DNA from: Lentisphaerae bacterium ADurb.BinA184
GTDB lineage: Bacteria > Verrucomicrobiota > Lentisphaeria > Oligosphaerales > MVZH01
DNA length: 60,335 nt
Direction of reading: 5' to 3'
Assembly (NCBI GenBank): GCA_002068325.1
Contig: MVZH01000001.1
Location: 1-60,335, forward strand
Notes under the pieces: model-generated
What the model was told of the DNA's origin: nothing
What the model saw: only the letters and a program-made list of their open reading frames with translations
The model's database searches: none
Made by a program: the position numbers and the translations under genes
Part shown: piece by piece, positions 9,338 through 20,200 of the stretch
Position numbering within the stretch: position 1 is the first letter of the stretch
Layout: every line of letters starts with the position of its first letter

Positions 9338-9585
9338 CCTGATTTGTCTACCACCGAGGACACAGAGTTCACAGAGGGCTTTGCGCTTGCGTTGGCGCGG
9401 ACCCCCCGCCAATGCAGGCGCAAAGCCAATTCCCTCTCTGTGGTCTCTGTGCTCTCTGTGGTTGACGGCAACAACGGTAACCCTTCATCGTCCCGGAAGA
9501 GGTCAGGCCATGGCAGACGGGCCACATCCCAGCCTGCCGGCAGTCTGGCGCCCGTCGCCGAGTTGGGGTCGGGATCGAATCGCCC
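9338..9585 (+). repeat. dispersed intergenic element, copy 2 (nested hairpin 9350-9462, inner stem-loop 9377-9427)
   Basis: Aligns with 1902-2156. It is also located in a divergent intergenic region. Confidence 0.85.
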
Positions 9586-9805
9586 GATCTTGCAGCAGAC
9601 GGCGATCTCCCGGCGTCGCCCTTGCCCCGCCCCGGTCTGGCAGCAATGTACCCGTCGTTCGTCGGAACGCAGGAGGGATCCCTGCGAAAGCGACATGCGG
9701 CGCGGCAGGCCCGTCACGCCGCAGACCTCCACTTTCCACGCTCAACTTTCCACCCCGCCCCGCCGCCAGGTGAATCCGTCACCACCGCGAACCGTTGCGG
9801 CAGGT

Positions 9806-9834
9806 TTGCCGGGCGGCGTTTGGCCCCGTATATT
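9806..9834 (+). promoter_or_regulatory. sigma70-like promoter candidate for the 9878 gene and probably the giant gene
   Basis: TTGCCG (9806-9811), an exact 17-nt spacer, then TATATT (9829-9834). ATG 9878 lies 44 nt downstream and has a GAGG 8 nt before it. Confidence 0.4.
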
Positions 9835-9877
9835 CTGAGTGTTGCCTATGGTCTGTTCTGGGAACGAGGTCGCGGGC

Positions 9878-11176
9878 ATGCCGGCATCGGGCAGCAATCG
9901 GGCCGCGGGCAGGTGGCGGCCGGCGGGAGTAACGGCCGGGGGGCTGGTGGGGGCTGCCGTCCTCGCCCTCCTCGTGGCGTCGCCGTCCGACACCCCCGCG
10001 GCCGAGGTGCTCTTCGACCAGGCGGTCTACCACCTGGCCGGAGGCGGAACCTGCGAAATCCGGCTGCGGTTTGACATGGACGGGGAGACCGAAGGCCTGC
10101 AACCCCCGGCGAGCGGGCTGTTCAGCACGGGGGTGACGGTCTTCTTCCCGGAGGAACGTGCGTCCGTGGAGGGCGAGGCGGCGATTGCGCTGGCCCCCGA
10201 GCTGGACAGCAACGGGGCCGGCGGGCCGGCGCTCAAGGCGGTCGCGGCGGGTTCGGCCGGTTTCGCGGGGGCCCGGCCGCTGGGGTCGGTCACCGGCTAC
10301 ATGGGGTCGCGGCTGGCCACCCTGACGTTGCGCGACAAGGGGATCGCGGGCGTCTACAGCCTGACCGCGGATCTTTTCTTCACCGAGCCGGGCATGGCGA
10401 ACTTCGTTGACGGGGATGCGAACCTCCTCGACCCGGCGATCGGTTTCTCGTCGGCCCTGGTCAACCACACGCCGCAGACGACGGCCGACACACCTCATGT
10501 GGCACGCGACAGCGCGGACACCCGCATCGCCGCGCTGGCCAACGACGCCGATGCCGACGGGGACAGCTTCCATCTGGTCGCCAGCGAGGATCCGCCGCAC
10601 GGAACGGTGCGATGCGAAGGCGATGAAGTGCTCTACACCCCCGATCCGGGCTACACCGGGCCGGACGCGTTCAGTTACACCGTCGAGGACGGCCGCGGCG
10701 GCCGGAGCACGGGTCAGGTCATCGTGACCGTCTACCCGGTCATCGCGCTGTATCCCGGGTGGAACCTGATCTCGTTCCCGGTCAGCCTGGCCGCGCCGTG
10801 TCCGGCGCAAGCATTTGCGGGCCTGCCGGTTGCGGAATACGTCTTCGGCTGGGATCCGCGCGGTTATTACGTGATTGCGGGCGAGCTGCGGGCCCTGACC
10901 GGATACTGGGTCTACGTGACGGGTGCGAACGTGGTTCAGGCAGGGGCGGACGGCGCGCCGCCGGCCAGCACGAACATCGTCCTCGGCCGCGGGTGGAACC
11001 TGATCGGGCCGTCGAGGGATCGGGCGGCGCCGTCGGGGGCGGGGATTCTGGGGGCGGCCTGGGCGTGGCCGGGCAGTGAGCAGCGTTACAGGCGCCTGGC
11101 GGGAGGGGGGGGCGTGGTGGCGGTCGGGCAAGGAGTGTGGGTCTTGGCGGAGGGCAAGTTGGCAATCGGCTTCTAG
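9878..11176 (+). CDS. secreted protein: N-terminal beta-sandwich (cohesin-like?), cadherin-like domain, C-terminal GWNLI-repeat domain
   Basis: Track ORF 9839..11176, with ATG 9878 followed by the signal peptide GGLVGAAVLALLVASPSDTPAA. The segment ALANDADADGDSFHLVASEDPPHGTVRCEGDEVLYTPDPGYTGPDAFSYTVEDGRGG is a bacterial cadherin-like signature. The C-terminus carries PGWNLISFP ... GYWVYV ... RGWNLIGP. The stop lies 39 nt before the giant gene. Confidence 0.75.
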   Translation: MPASGSNRAAGRWRPAGVTAGGLVGAAVLALLVASPSDTPAAEVLFDQAVYHLAGGGTCEIRLRFDMDGETEGLQPPASGLFSTGVTVFFPEERASVEGEAAIALAPELDSNGAGGPALKAVAAGSAGFAGARPLGSVTGYMGSRLATLTLRDKGIAGVYSLTADLFFTEPGMANFVDGDANLLDPAIGFSSALVNHTPQTTADTPHVARDSADTRIAALANDADADGDSFHLVASEDPPHGTVRCEGDEVLYTPDPGYTGPDAFSYTVEDGRGGRSTGQVIVTVYPVIALYPGWNLISFPVSLAAPCPAQAFAGLPVAEYVFGWDPRGYYVIAGELRALTGYWVYVTGANVVQAGADGAPPASTNIVLGRGWNLIGPSRDRAAPSGAGILGAAWAWPGSEQRYRRLAGGGGVVAVGQGVWVLAEGKLAIGF

Positions 11177-11215
11177 CTGTGATAGAGTCTGTCCGGTAAA
11201 GACAGGTGCATCGCC

Positions 11216-11290
11216 GTGGCCAGCGATCAACAACGTCGGCGCTTCGAGCTGGAGCGGCTCGAACCGCGCGTCCTCCTGGATGGCGCGGGC
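11216..11290 (+). other. N-terminal R-rich LEPRVLL motif (MASDQQRRRFELERLEPRVLLDGAG)
   Basis: Read directly from the translation. No hydrophobic h-region follows. Confidence 0.8.
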
Positions 11291-14200
11291 GTGACGCCGT
11301 TGCCGGACGTCGAGGTTGCCGCGCCGGCCCCGGACGCGGCGGTGGTTGCTGAGGCCACGGACGCCGACCTCACGGCCCGGCCGGAATCGCTGGGCGACCT
11401 CTACAACCCCGGTGCGCAGCTCGACGACCTCTTCGCCGTGGCCACCGAACCGACCGATGCCCAGGCCCAGGACAGGACGCCGGCGCCCGCGGGCGCGCGT
11501 GATGCGCAGGCCGACCTGGCCTTTGTCGGCAACCTCAGTGTGTCGCCCGCGGACATCGAGCCCGGCGGCGTGGTCAGCGTCTGGTACCAGGCAAAGAACA
11601 TCGGTACGGCGGCGACCGACGCCTCGGGCTGGTACGACCAGTTCTACCTCTCCGCGGATGATCAGTGGGACAGCGCCGACACCTGGCTGGGCTACTGGTG
11701 GCGCTGGACCGGCCTGGCCGCCGGCGCCAGCTATTCCAGCCCCGGCGCCAGCCTGACCCTCCCGACGGATGCGCCGCCGGGGCCGATGTTCGTGCTCGCG
11801 CGGCTGGATGCCCTGGGCCAGGCGAGTGAAAGCAACGAGGCGAACAACGTCGCCGCCAGGGCGGTCACCATCCTCTCGACCACCGGCAGCACCGTCAACC
11901 TCGTCGCCTCGACGACGGTCACCGACCCAATCCCGGTCGCCGCCGGCGGCGAGGTCTCTTTCGATTTCACGGTGACCAATGCGGGCACCGGGACGAGCGG
12001 GTCCTATTGGTATGACGAAGTACGCCTCTCGGACGATGCGGTGTTCGATCCGGCCGAGGATGATGGAATCAGCGAACTGTGGCCCGGCGCCCTGCCTCTG
12101 GGGCTCGACGGGTTCTACACGACCCCCGTCACCGTTCGGCTCCCGGCCGATGTGACGCCGGGCATCCACTACCTCCTGGTTCGCGCGGACGCGAGCGACT
12201 ACCAGCCCGAGTCCGACGAGACGGACAACATCGCGGTGGTGCCCGTCTCTGTGTGGCTGCCCGACGTCAATCTGGCGATCGTCGGGCTGCCGACGGTTGA
12301 TCCAGCCAGCGCAGGCGTCGGGGACACGGTCACCGTCCGCTACTCGATCACCAACGCCGGCACGGCGGCGACCACGGCCGAACCGTGGTGGGACTTCGTC
12401 TACCTGTCCACCGACCCGGTTGGCGACTGGGGGGATCGCCAGTTGGCCCAGGTGCAGCAGTCCGCCCCGCTGGAGCCCGACGCAACGCGTGACGTCGAAC
12501 AGACCTTCGCGGTGCCCTCCGGCGTGCCGTGCGGGCCGCTCTACGTGGTCGTAAAGGTCAATGGAGGCTTGAACCAGCCCGAGACGGACTGGACGGACAA
12601 CGCGGGGGCGAGTGATTTCACGCTGGTCGGGCCGGACGTGGATTTGCAGCCGACGATCACCCAGGCGCCGCCGGCCGAGATCACGCTGGGCACCATGTTC
12701 CGGCTGAAGTGGACGGTGACCAACGCCGGCACGGCGGCGACCACGGCGACGTCCTGGTACGACTACATCTACTTCTCGACTGACGAGGTCTATGACGCGG
12801 CCGACACCCAGATCACCCGGTCGAAGAACCCGTCGGGGCTGGCGGGCGGCGCCAGCTACCTGAAGGATCTGTCGGTCTCGACGCCGAGCGGGGTTGGGGG
12901 CCCCGGCTACATCCTGATCGTCAGCGACCGCGGCTACGCCCAGGCGGAGTCCGACGAGGGCAACAACACGGTGGCCGCGCCGACCACGCTGATCGGGGCG
13001 AACCTCGTAGCCGCCGACCTTGTGGCGCCCCCGGTGGGCGACTGGTCGCAGACCATCGAGGTCAGCTACCGCGTCACCAACACCGGTACGGCGGCCGTGG
13101 CCGGATCGTGGACCGACAACGTCTACCTGATCACCGAGGCGACGCCGGGGGAGGTCCACAGCGTCGGGCAGTTCACCCGCAGTGACCCGCTGGCGCCCGG
13201 GGAGTGGATCGAGTACACCAGCCCGGTCACCCTCTCGACCGAGTACCTGGGATCGGTGCAGCTGGTCGTCAATACGGATTCCTTCCGCACGGTCACGGAA
13301 CTCGACGAGGACGACAACCAGTCGGCCCCCGTTCCCCTTGAGATCCGTGCCCCCAACCTGACGATGCGCCCGCCGGGCTCGCCGCCGGCGACGCTGGTCG
13401 TGGGCAGTACGGTCACACTCGAGTGGCAGGTTGAGAACACGGGCACGGCGGCGACCGGCGGCGCCTGGCGCGACGAGGTGTATTTCTCGCGGGACGCGGG
13501 GCTGGGCGGCGAGAGCGACTACCTGGTGTGGGGCGTCGAGCGGCCGGCCGGGGGCGCCCTCGTCCCGGGCGCGGTGGACAGCGTCTCGGCGACGTTCCAG
13601 CTGCTTGGGATACCGACCGGGACTGGGTACTTGATTTGCGTCACCGACGCGCGGGCGACACAGATCGAGCTGAACGAGACGGACAACGCCCAGGCATTCC
13701 CGGTGACGGTCCAGTCGGCCGAGCTGGCGGCCGCCTCTTTCACCCTGGCCGACGAGACGCTGCACGCCGGATCCGACGTGACGGTCGGGTGGACGGTGCA
13801 GAACCTCGGCGACGCCGCCCCGCCCACAGATTGGATCGACACCATCATCATCGAGAACCTGACCGCGGGCACGACCCTCGCCACGATCCCGGTTCCCTAC
13901 TCGCTGGCCGTCGAGGGCGCCATCCCTCCCGGCGGCAGCCGCGACCGCTCGGTGCAGATACACATCCCCGCCGCCTCGCCGTGGGTCGGCGACCTCCGCG
14001 TGACCGTGCGCGTGAACGGCGTGCCCGACGGCGCCGGGGGCTACGCCCGCGCCTTTGACGAGACCGATGCCGCCGGCGTGGTCTACGGCAACAACGCGCA
14101 GACCCTGACGCGCGAGTGCACGCCCCCGCCCTTCTACGTTGACCTGCGCGAGGGAGCGGTGCAGGCGACGCCCTCGCCCGCCTACCAGGGCCAGGGCGTG

Positions 14201-17200
14201 ACGCTCTCGTGGACCCTGAGCAACGCCGGCAACCTCGACCTCGACCGCCCCTTCGACGAGTTCGTCCGCGTGGTCAACACGACGACCGGCGCGACGCTCC
14301 TCGAGCAAGTCGTGCCCTACGATCCCGCCGTCGCCGGCGCGCTCGCCGCCGGGGGATCGCTGCAGCGGCAACTCGAGTTTGCACTGCCGGCCGGCGCCGA
14401 CGGCGTCGGGGGGATGACGGTGACGGTGACCGCCGACCGTGACGCGGGCGGCGCCGGAACCATCGAAGAGTATTACCCCGATGTGGACGCAGAGGCCAAC
14501 AACGCCGCCTCGACCACCTTCACGGCCCTGGCCCTGCCGCCGGCCGACCTCGCCGTGACCGCGCTCTCGGTGGTCGCCCATGAGGGACGCACCACGCCGA
14601 GAAAGGCGGACGTGAGCTGGACGGTCAGCAACGTCGGCATGGAGGACGCGGCCAAGCTCTGGTATGACCTGATCCTGCTCAGCGCCAACGCCGTCGCCGG
14701 CGATGCCGACGACATCGAGGTGGACTGGTTCCAGCAGGCGGCCGGTCTCGAGGCGGGCAAGTCAGTCGTGCAAACCGAGACGGTCTGGCTTCCCGACGAC
14801 CTCGACGGGACGTACTACTTCTTCGTGGTCGCCGACGCCGAGGCGGAGCTTGCCGACCCCGACCGCTCGAACAACACCTCGGCGCCGTTCGCCTTCGCCC
14901 TGTTCACCGCCCACGCCGACCTCAACGCACTCTCCGTCACCGCCCCGGCCACCGGCGCCAGCGGCCAGCCGGTCGAACTCACGTGGACGGTGCGCAACGA
15001 CGGCAACAGCCCCAACAACGACTCGTGGTACGACGCCTTCTACGTGACCGCAGGCGAGGCCTACTCGAATGCCCTCTACATGGGGTCGGCGCGCAACGAT
15101 GTCACCCTGGCGGTTGGCGAGACCCACGAGTTCACCGCCAGTCTCGAGCTTCCCGACGGAATCTCGGGCACGTACTATGTCTGGGTGCTGGTCAACCGCT
15201 GGGACTGGGTGGACGAACTTGGCAAGACCGGCAACAACCTGCGGCGGGCGACGGATCCGATAACGGTCAGCCTGACCCCGGCCCCCGATCTCGAGGTGGT
15301 CAGCGTCACCGCCCCGGCCTACGCCAATCGCGGCGAGAAGATGACGGTCAGCTGGGAGGTCGTCAACAACGGCCCAGGCGTCGTCGCCGAGGGGAGTTGG
15401 CACGACCTTGTGTACGCCGTCCCCGTCGGCGGGACGCTCGCCCGCGACGGCATCGAGCTGTCCTACCAGTACGGGAACGGCGACCCGCCGTTGCCGGACG
15501 GCGGCCGCTACACCCTGTCGGCGCAGTTCTACCTGCCGCAGCCAAACGCCCTGCCCGACGGCGACTACACCATCTACGTCGTGGCCGACGGCGACGAGGA
15601 CGTCTACGAGGCCGGCATCGAGGCGAACAACGCGGTGCCCGCCGGGCATCTCACCGGGATCGGCTGGGCCGAGCTCGGGGCGACGGTGGTGGCGGCCCCG
15701 GCCGAGGCGACGTCGTACACCACGATCCACGCAACCTTCGAGGTGCAGAGCCACGGCGGCGCGGGCGCGCAGGCCCCCTGGGTGGACCGCGCCTACGCGA
15801 GCCCGCGCGGCGATGCGCTGATCCTCTCGCAGTCCCAGCGGCTTGCGGAGTTCGCAATCGCCGGGCCGTTGCCCCCCGGCAGTTCCTACCAGCGCGAAGT
15901 TGCCTGGGAGATTCCGCTGACCGCGCAGGGCACGTGGTACATCTGGTACGTCACCGATGCCGACAACGCGGTGCCCGAGTACGGACCCGGCACCCCGGAG
16001 AGTCGGCCGAATGAGGTGGCCGCCCCGGTCGCCGTCACGCTCTGGCCCTATGCCGATCTGGCCGTGACCGCGCTGGACGCGCCGGCCCCCGTCTGCGGCG
16101 AGCCGCCCGTGTTCACGCTCTCGTGGACGGTGGGCAACCAGGGGACAGGCCGCGGCATCACCGAGGCGTGGACCGACCGCGTCTACATCTCGCCCCGACC
16201 GGCCGGCGAGTATTCCCTGCACTGGACGACGTTCGACTTCCCGCACAGCGGTGGACTCGACGCCGGTGCCAGCTACACACGCACCGAGACGATCACGCTG
16301 CCGGACGGTTTCTCCCTCGACGCACGGTACTACTTGTACGTCGTCACCGACGTCAGCGACGACGTGTTCGAGAACGCCTCCGAGGCCAACAACACCGCGG
16401 CCCTGCCCGAGCCCTTCGACGTGTACCGCGCGCCTTGGTGGGACTTGGAGGTCACCGACGTCCAGGCCCCCGCGACCGCCGGCAACGGCGAGACCATCAG
16501 CGTCTCGTGGACGGTCGAGAACCGTGGCACCGCCCTCACGGACAAGGCGTTCTGGTACGATCACGCGGACCTGTACGAGCGCCACACCGACGGCCAGGGC
16601 AACCCGTACTACACCCAGGTCGACCTCAACGTCGGCTACCGCGAGCTGCTGGCCTCGGTCCTGCACTCGGGGGCGCTCCAGCCCGGCGGGCAGTACACAG
16701 TCACCGCGACCATGCAGATCCCTTGGGGCATTGCCGGCGAGTTCTACATCGGGGTCGAGTGCACCCACTGGGAGTACATCAACGACGGGGACAGGTGGTT
16801 CTACCGGCCGATCACCATCGAGGAGCGCCCGGCCCCCGACCTGGCGGTGACCGCGGTCACGGTGCCGCACGACGCGCTGGTCGGCGAGTGGGTGGACGTC
16901 ACGTGGACGGTCACCAACCTCGGGGAGGCGACCGCCATCCCCTCGTGGCGCGACGGCGTGCAGTTCATCCACCCCGACGCGCCGCCGAGTTCCTGGCCGA
17001 CGTGGCTGGACCGGTTCGACTATGAGCAGCCCCTGGGGCCGGGGCTGTCCTACACGCGCACCGAACGCATCCGCCTGCCCGAGACCTACAGCGGCCTGGG
17101 CCGGCTCAATCCGGGCGACTACCGCCTGGCCATCCGCCTGGACATCAACGGTGCCGTCTACGAGGCCGACGAAAGCAACAACGACAGCCGCAACAACCCG

Positions 17201-20200
17201 GCGTTCGATACGACGATCCATCTCGATCTCCCCGACCGGCCCGACCTGCGTGTGGCCCAGGCCACAGCCCCCGACTCCGTCACCGCCGGCGCCACCTTCG
17301 CCGTCGAGTTCGACGTCATCAACCAAGGATCGGCCGCCGCCCTCGGCGACTGGGACGACGCGGTCTATCTCTCGACCGACGCGGAGTGGGGCTACGACGA
17401 CCTGCTCCTCGGCCGTTTCCCGAATCAGGCCGCACTGAACGTTGGCGAGAGCTACCGTACGCTGACCGGCAGCTTCACCATGCCGCTCTCGTTCCGGGGC
17501 GAGGGCTTCCTGATCCTGCGCACCGACGACGAGAGCGTCATCGAGGAGTACCCGAACGAGGACAACAACGTGTTGGTCCGCCCGATCGAGGCGATTCCGC
17601 TGCCGCCGCCCGACTTGGTGGTCAGCGACGTGGTGGCGCCGACCCAGGCCTTCGAGAACCGCTCGATCCAGGTCAGCTTCACGGTCACCAATCGCGGCCC
17701 CGGACCGACCGTGAGCGAGTACTGGACCGATACGGTGTGGCTGACCGTGATGCCGACCAGCCCCCTGCTGCTGAAGAACCCTGAGGGCTGGGACGTGCCG
17801 CCCGAGGCGAAGCGGTACTTCCTGCTCGGCAGCGCCTCGCACACCGGCTCGCTCGCCCCCGGCGAAAGCTACCGCGCAACCCTCACCGTCACGCTCCCGG
17901 AGCACCTGGCGGGCGAGCGCTTCATCACCCCCTACACCGACACCTACGGCCGCGAGTTCGAGGACACGCAGTCGGACTGGATCAACCCCGACGACCCGAA
18001 CACGCCCGACAACAACAACTTCAAGGCCCGCCCCATCTCCGTCATGCTGCGCCCGGCCGCCGACCTCGTCGTCACCGCGATCGTGCCCGACGCCACCGGC
18101 GACTGCACGCATCCCTTCACCGTGACGTGGACGGTGACCAATCTGGGCAACGCGCCGACCGACCGCACCCGGTGGACGGACCTCGTCTGGATTACGGACG
18201 ATCCTGACCTCGAGTACCACGGGGGAGGGACTGGCCAGTTGTTCGACCCTGACCGCGTCCACGAGGGCGCGCTCGAACCCGGCGCCAGCTACACCGTCAC
18301 CCGGACCTTCGACCTGGCCCCTGATGACCACGCGCACTACGTCCTGGTCGGGACCGGCTACGACACCTGGCAGGAGAACGGGAGCTACGGCAGCCCGTAC
18401 GAAGGCCCGCAGATCGAGTCCAATCCGGCCTGGCAGAACAACGTGAGCGTCGCCGCGACGGTGGTGACGCCGGTCGCCTCCGACCTCGTGGTGAGCACGG
18501 TCGAGGTCGCCCCGGCGGCGTTCTCAGGCGAGGCGTTGACCGTGCGTTGGACGGTGACCAACCTGGGGGCCGACGTGTGGGACGGCGGCTACCATCGCGG
18601 CGGGTGGTCCGACACCATCTATCTTTCGCAGTCGCCCGTGTTCGGCGCGGCCGGTTCTGGAACGAACACGACCCTCGGCGAATACCGGCGGCCGGTGCGC
18701 CTGAACCACGGCGCCAGCTATCAACAGCAAGTGACCGTGGCCTTGCCCGGCGGCATCGGCGGCGACTACTACATCCACGTGGTCGCCGACTCGCCCGACG
18801 GGTTCGTCTCGTATCTGGATCCCGACGACCCCCTGGGCGAAGGCTATGTCGTCGCGGCCCGTGACGGCGGCATCGTCTACGAAGGCGGCTGGATCGAGCC
18901 GGAGGTCAACGGCGGGACGGAGCGCGTCCTCGACCCGCGCGAGCTCAACAACGCCAATACCGCGCCGCTGCACATCACCCGCGCCGAGATTGACCTGGTG
19001 ATGACCGCGGTCGTTCTGCCGGCCGGGCCGCTGCTGGGCGGACAGACGGTGGACATCGAATACACCGTCGAAAACCAGGGCCTCCGCGACTGGGACGCCT
19101 ACTCCCTGCGCCCGGTTGATGCCGAGTACTGGTACGACCGCTTCTACCTCTCGGCGGACGCGACGCTGGACTTCGATGACCGCTGTCTCGGAACCGCGTT
19201 CCTGCCCGTCCTCTTCCTGCCCGCCGGCGGCAGCTACACCGGCACCGTCCGGCTCACCATCCCCAACGACGTCGAGGGCGAGCTGCACCTGATCGGCTTC
19301 ACCGACTCGAATCTCTACGGGAACCTTTGGCCCAACGCCGGCGGCCTGGGGTGGGAGGCGTACCCCAGCCGCGTCTTCTGCCGGCAGGACGAGTTCGACC
19401 GCGAGTTCAACAACACGATTGCGCTGCCGGTGACCGTGGTGCACGTGCCCATGCCCGACCTCCAGGTCACCGCCCTCGACATCCCCGAGCGGGTCACCGC
19501 CGGCCAGGCGTTCACCGTGACGTGGATCGTCAGCAACCTCGGCGGCGACACGACGGCCGGCCAGGCGTCGTGGGGGGAACGCATCTACCTGTCCCGCGAT
19601 GCCCTGCTCGAACTCGACGCCGACCGCCAGCCGAGGACGCTCTCGGCCCTCTCGGCGGCGCGGCCGTCCGCGCTTGCCGCCGGCGCCTCGTACACCTTGA
19701 CGCAGACCTTCGAGGCGCCGCTCGACCTGGTCGGCGAGTACTACGTCATCGTCATCACCGACCCCATCGTCTCCCCGCGGAACCAGCCCGAGGGCCAGGT
19801 GCTTGAAGGCGGCTTCGAGTACAACAACACCCGCGCCTCGGCGCAACCGCTGGTCATCGAACAGCCGCCGCCCTCCGACCTTGTCGTCACGCAAATCACG
19901 GTGCCGGCCACGGCGCGCGTCGGCGACCCCATCACCGTGTCGTGGACCGTGCGCAACGACGGCGAGAACGAGGCGGCGGCCCGCTGGACCGACGCGGTCT
20001 ACCTCTCGAAGGACGCGGTCTGGGACGTCGGCGACGCGCTCATCGGACGCGCCGACTTCCCCGGCCTCGTGCGCAACGCCAAGATTGACTACACGCTGCA
20101 GCCCGGCGAAACGTATGCGGCAACGCTCACGGCCGCGCTCACGGCCGCCGCGCCGGGAAGCTACCGCATCATCGTGCGCACCGACAACGCCGGCTACGTC

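Noticed and set aside
9779-14581. 1,600-aa minus-strand ORF. Others lie inside the giant gene at 14762..18337 (1,191 aa), 18524..19894, 20405..21787 and 23984..26695 (903 aa).
   Set aside because: These are antisense shadows of a gene with extreme GC3 bias. Their translations are dominated by R/G/A/V/D/H/P, have almost no K/N/I/F/Y and show no domain periodicity. The sense frame shows coherent CARDB and cadherin repeats.
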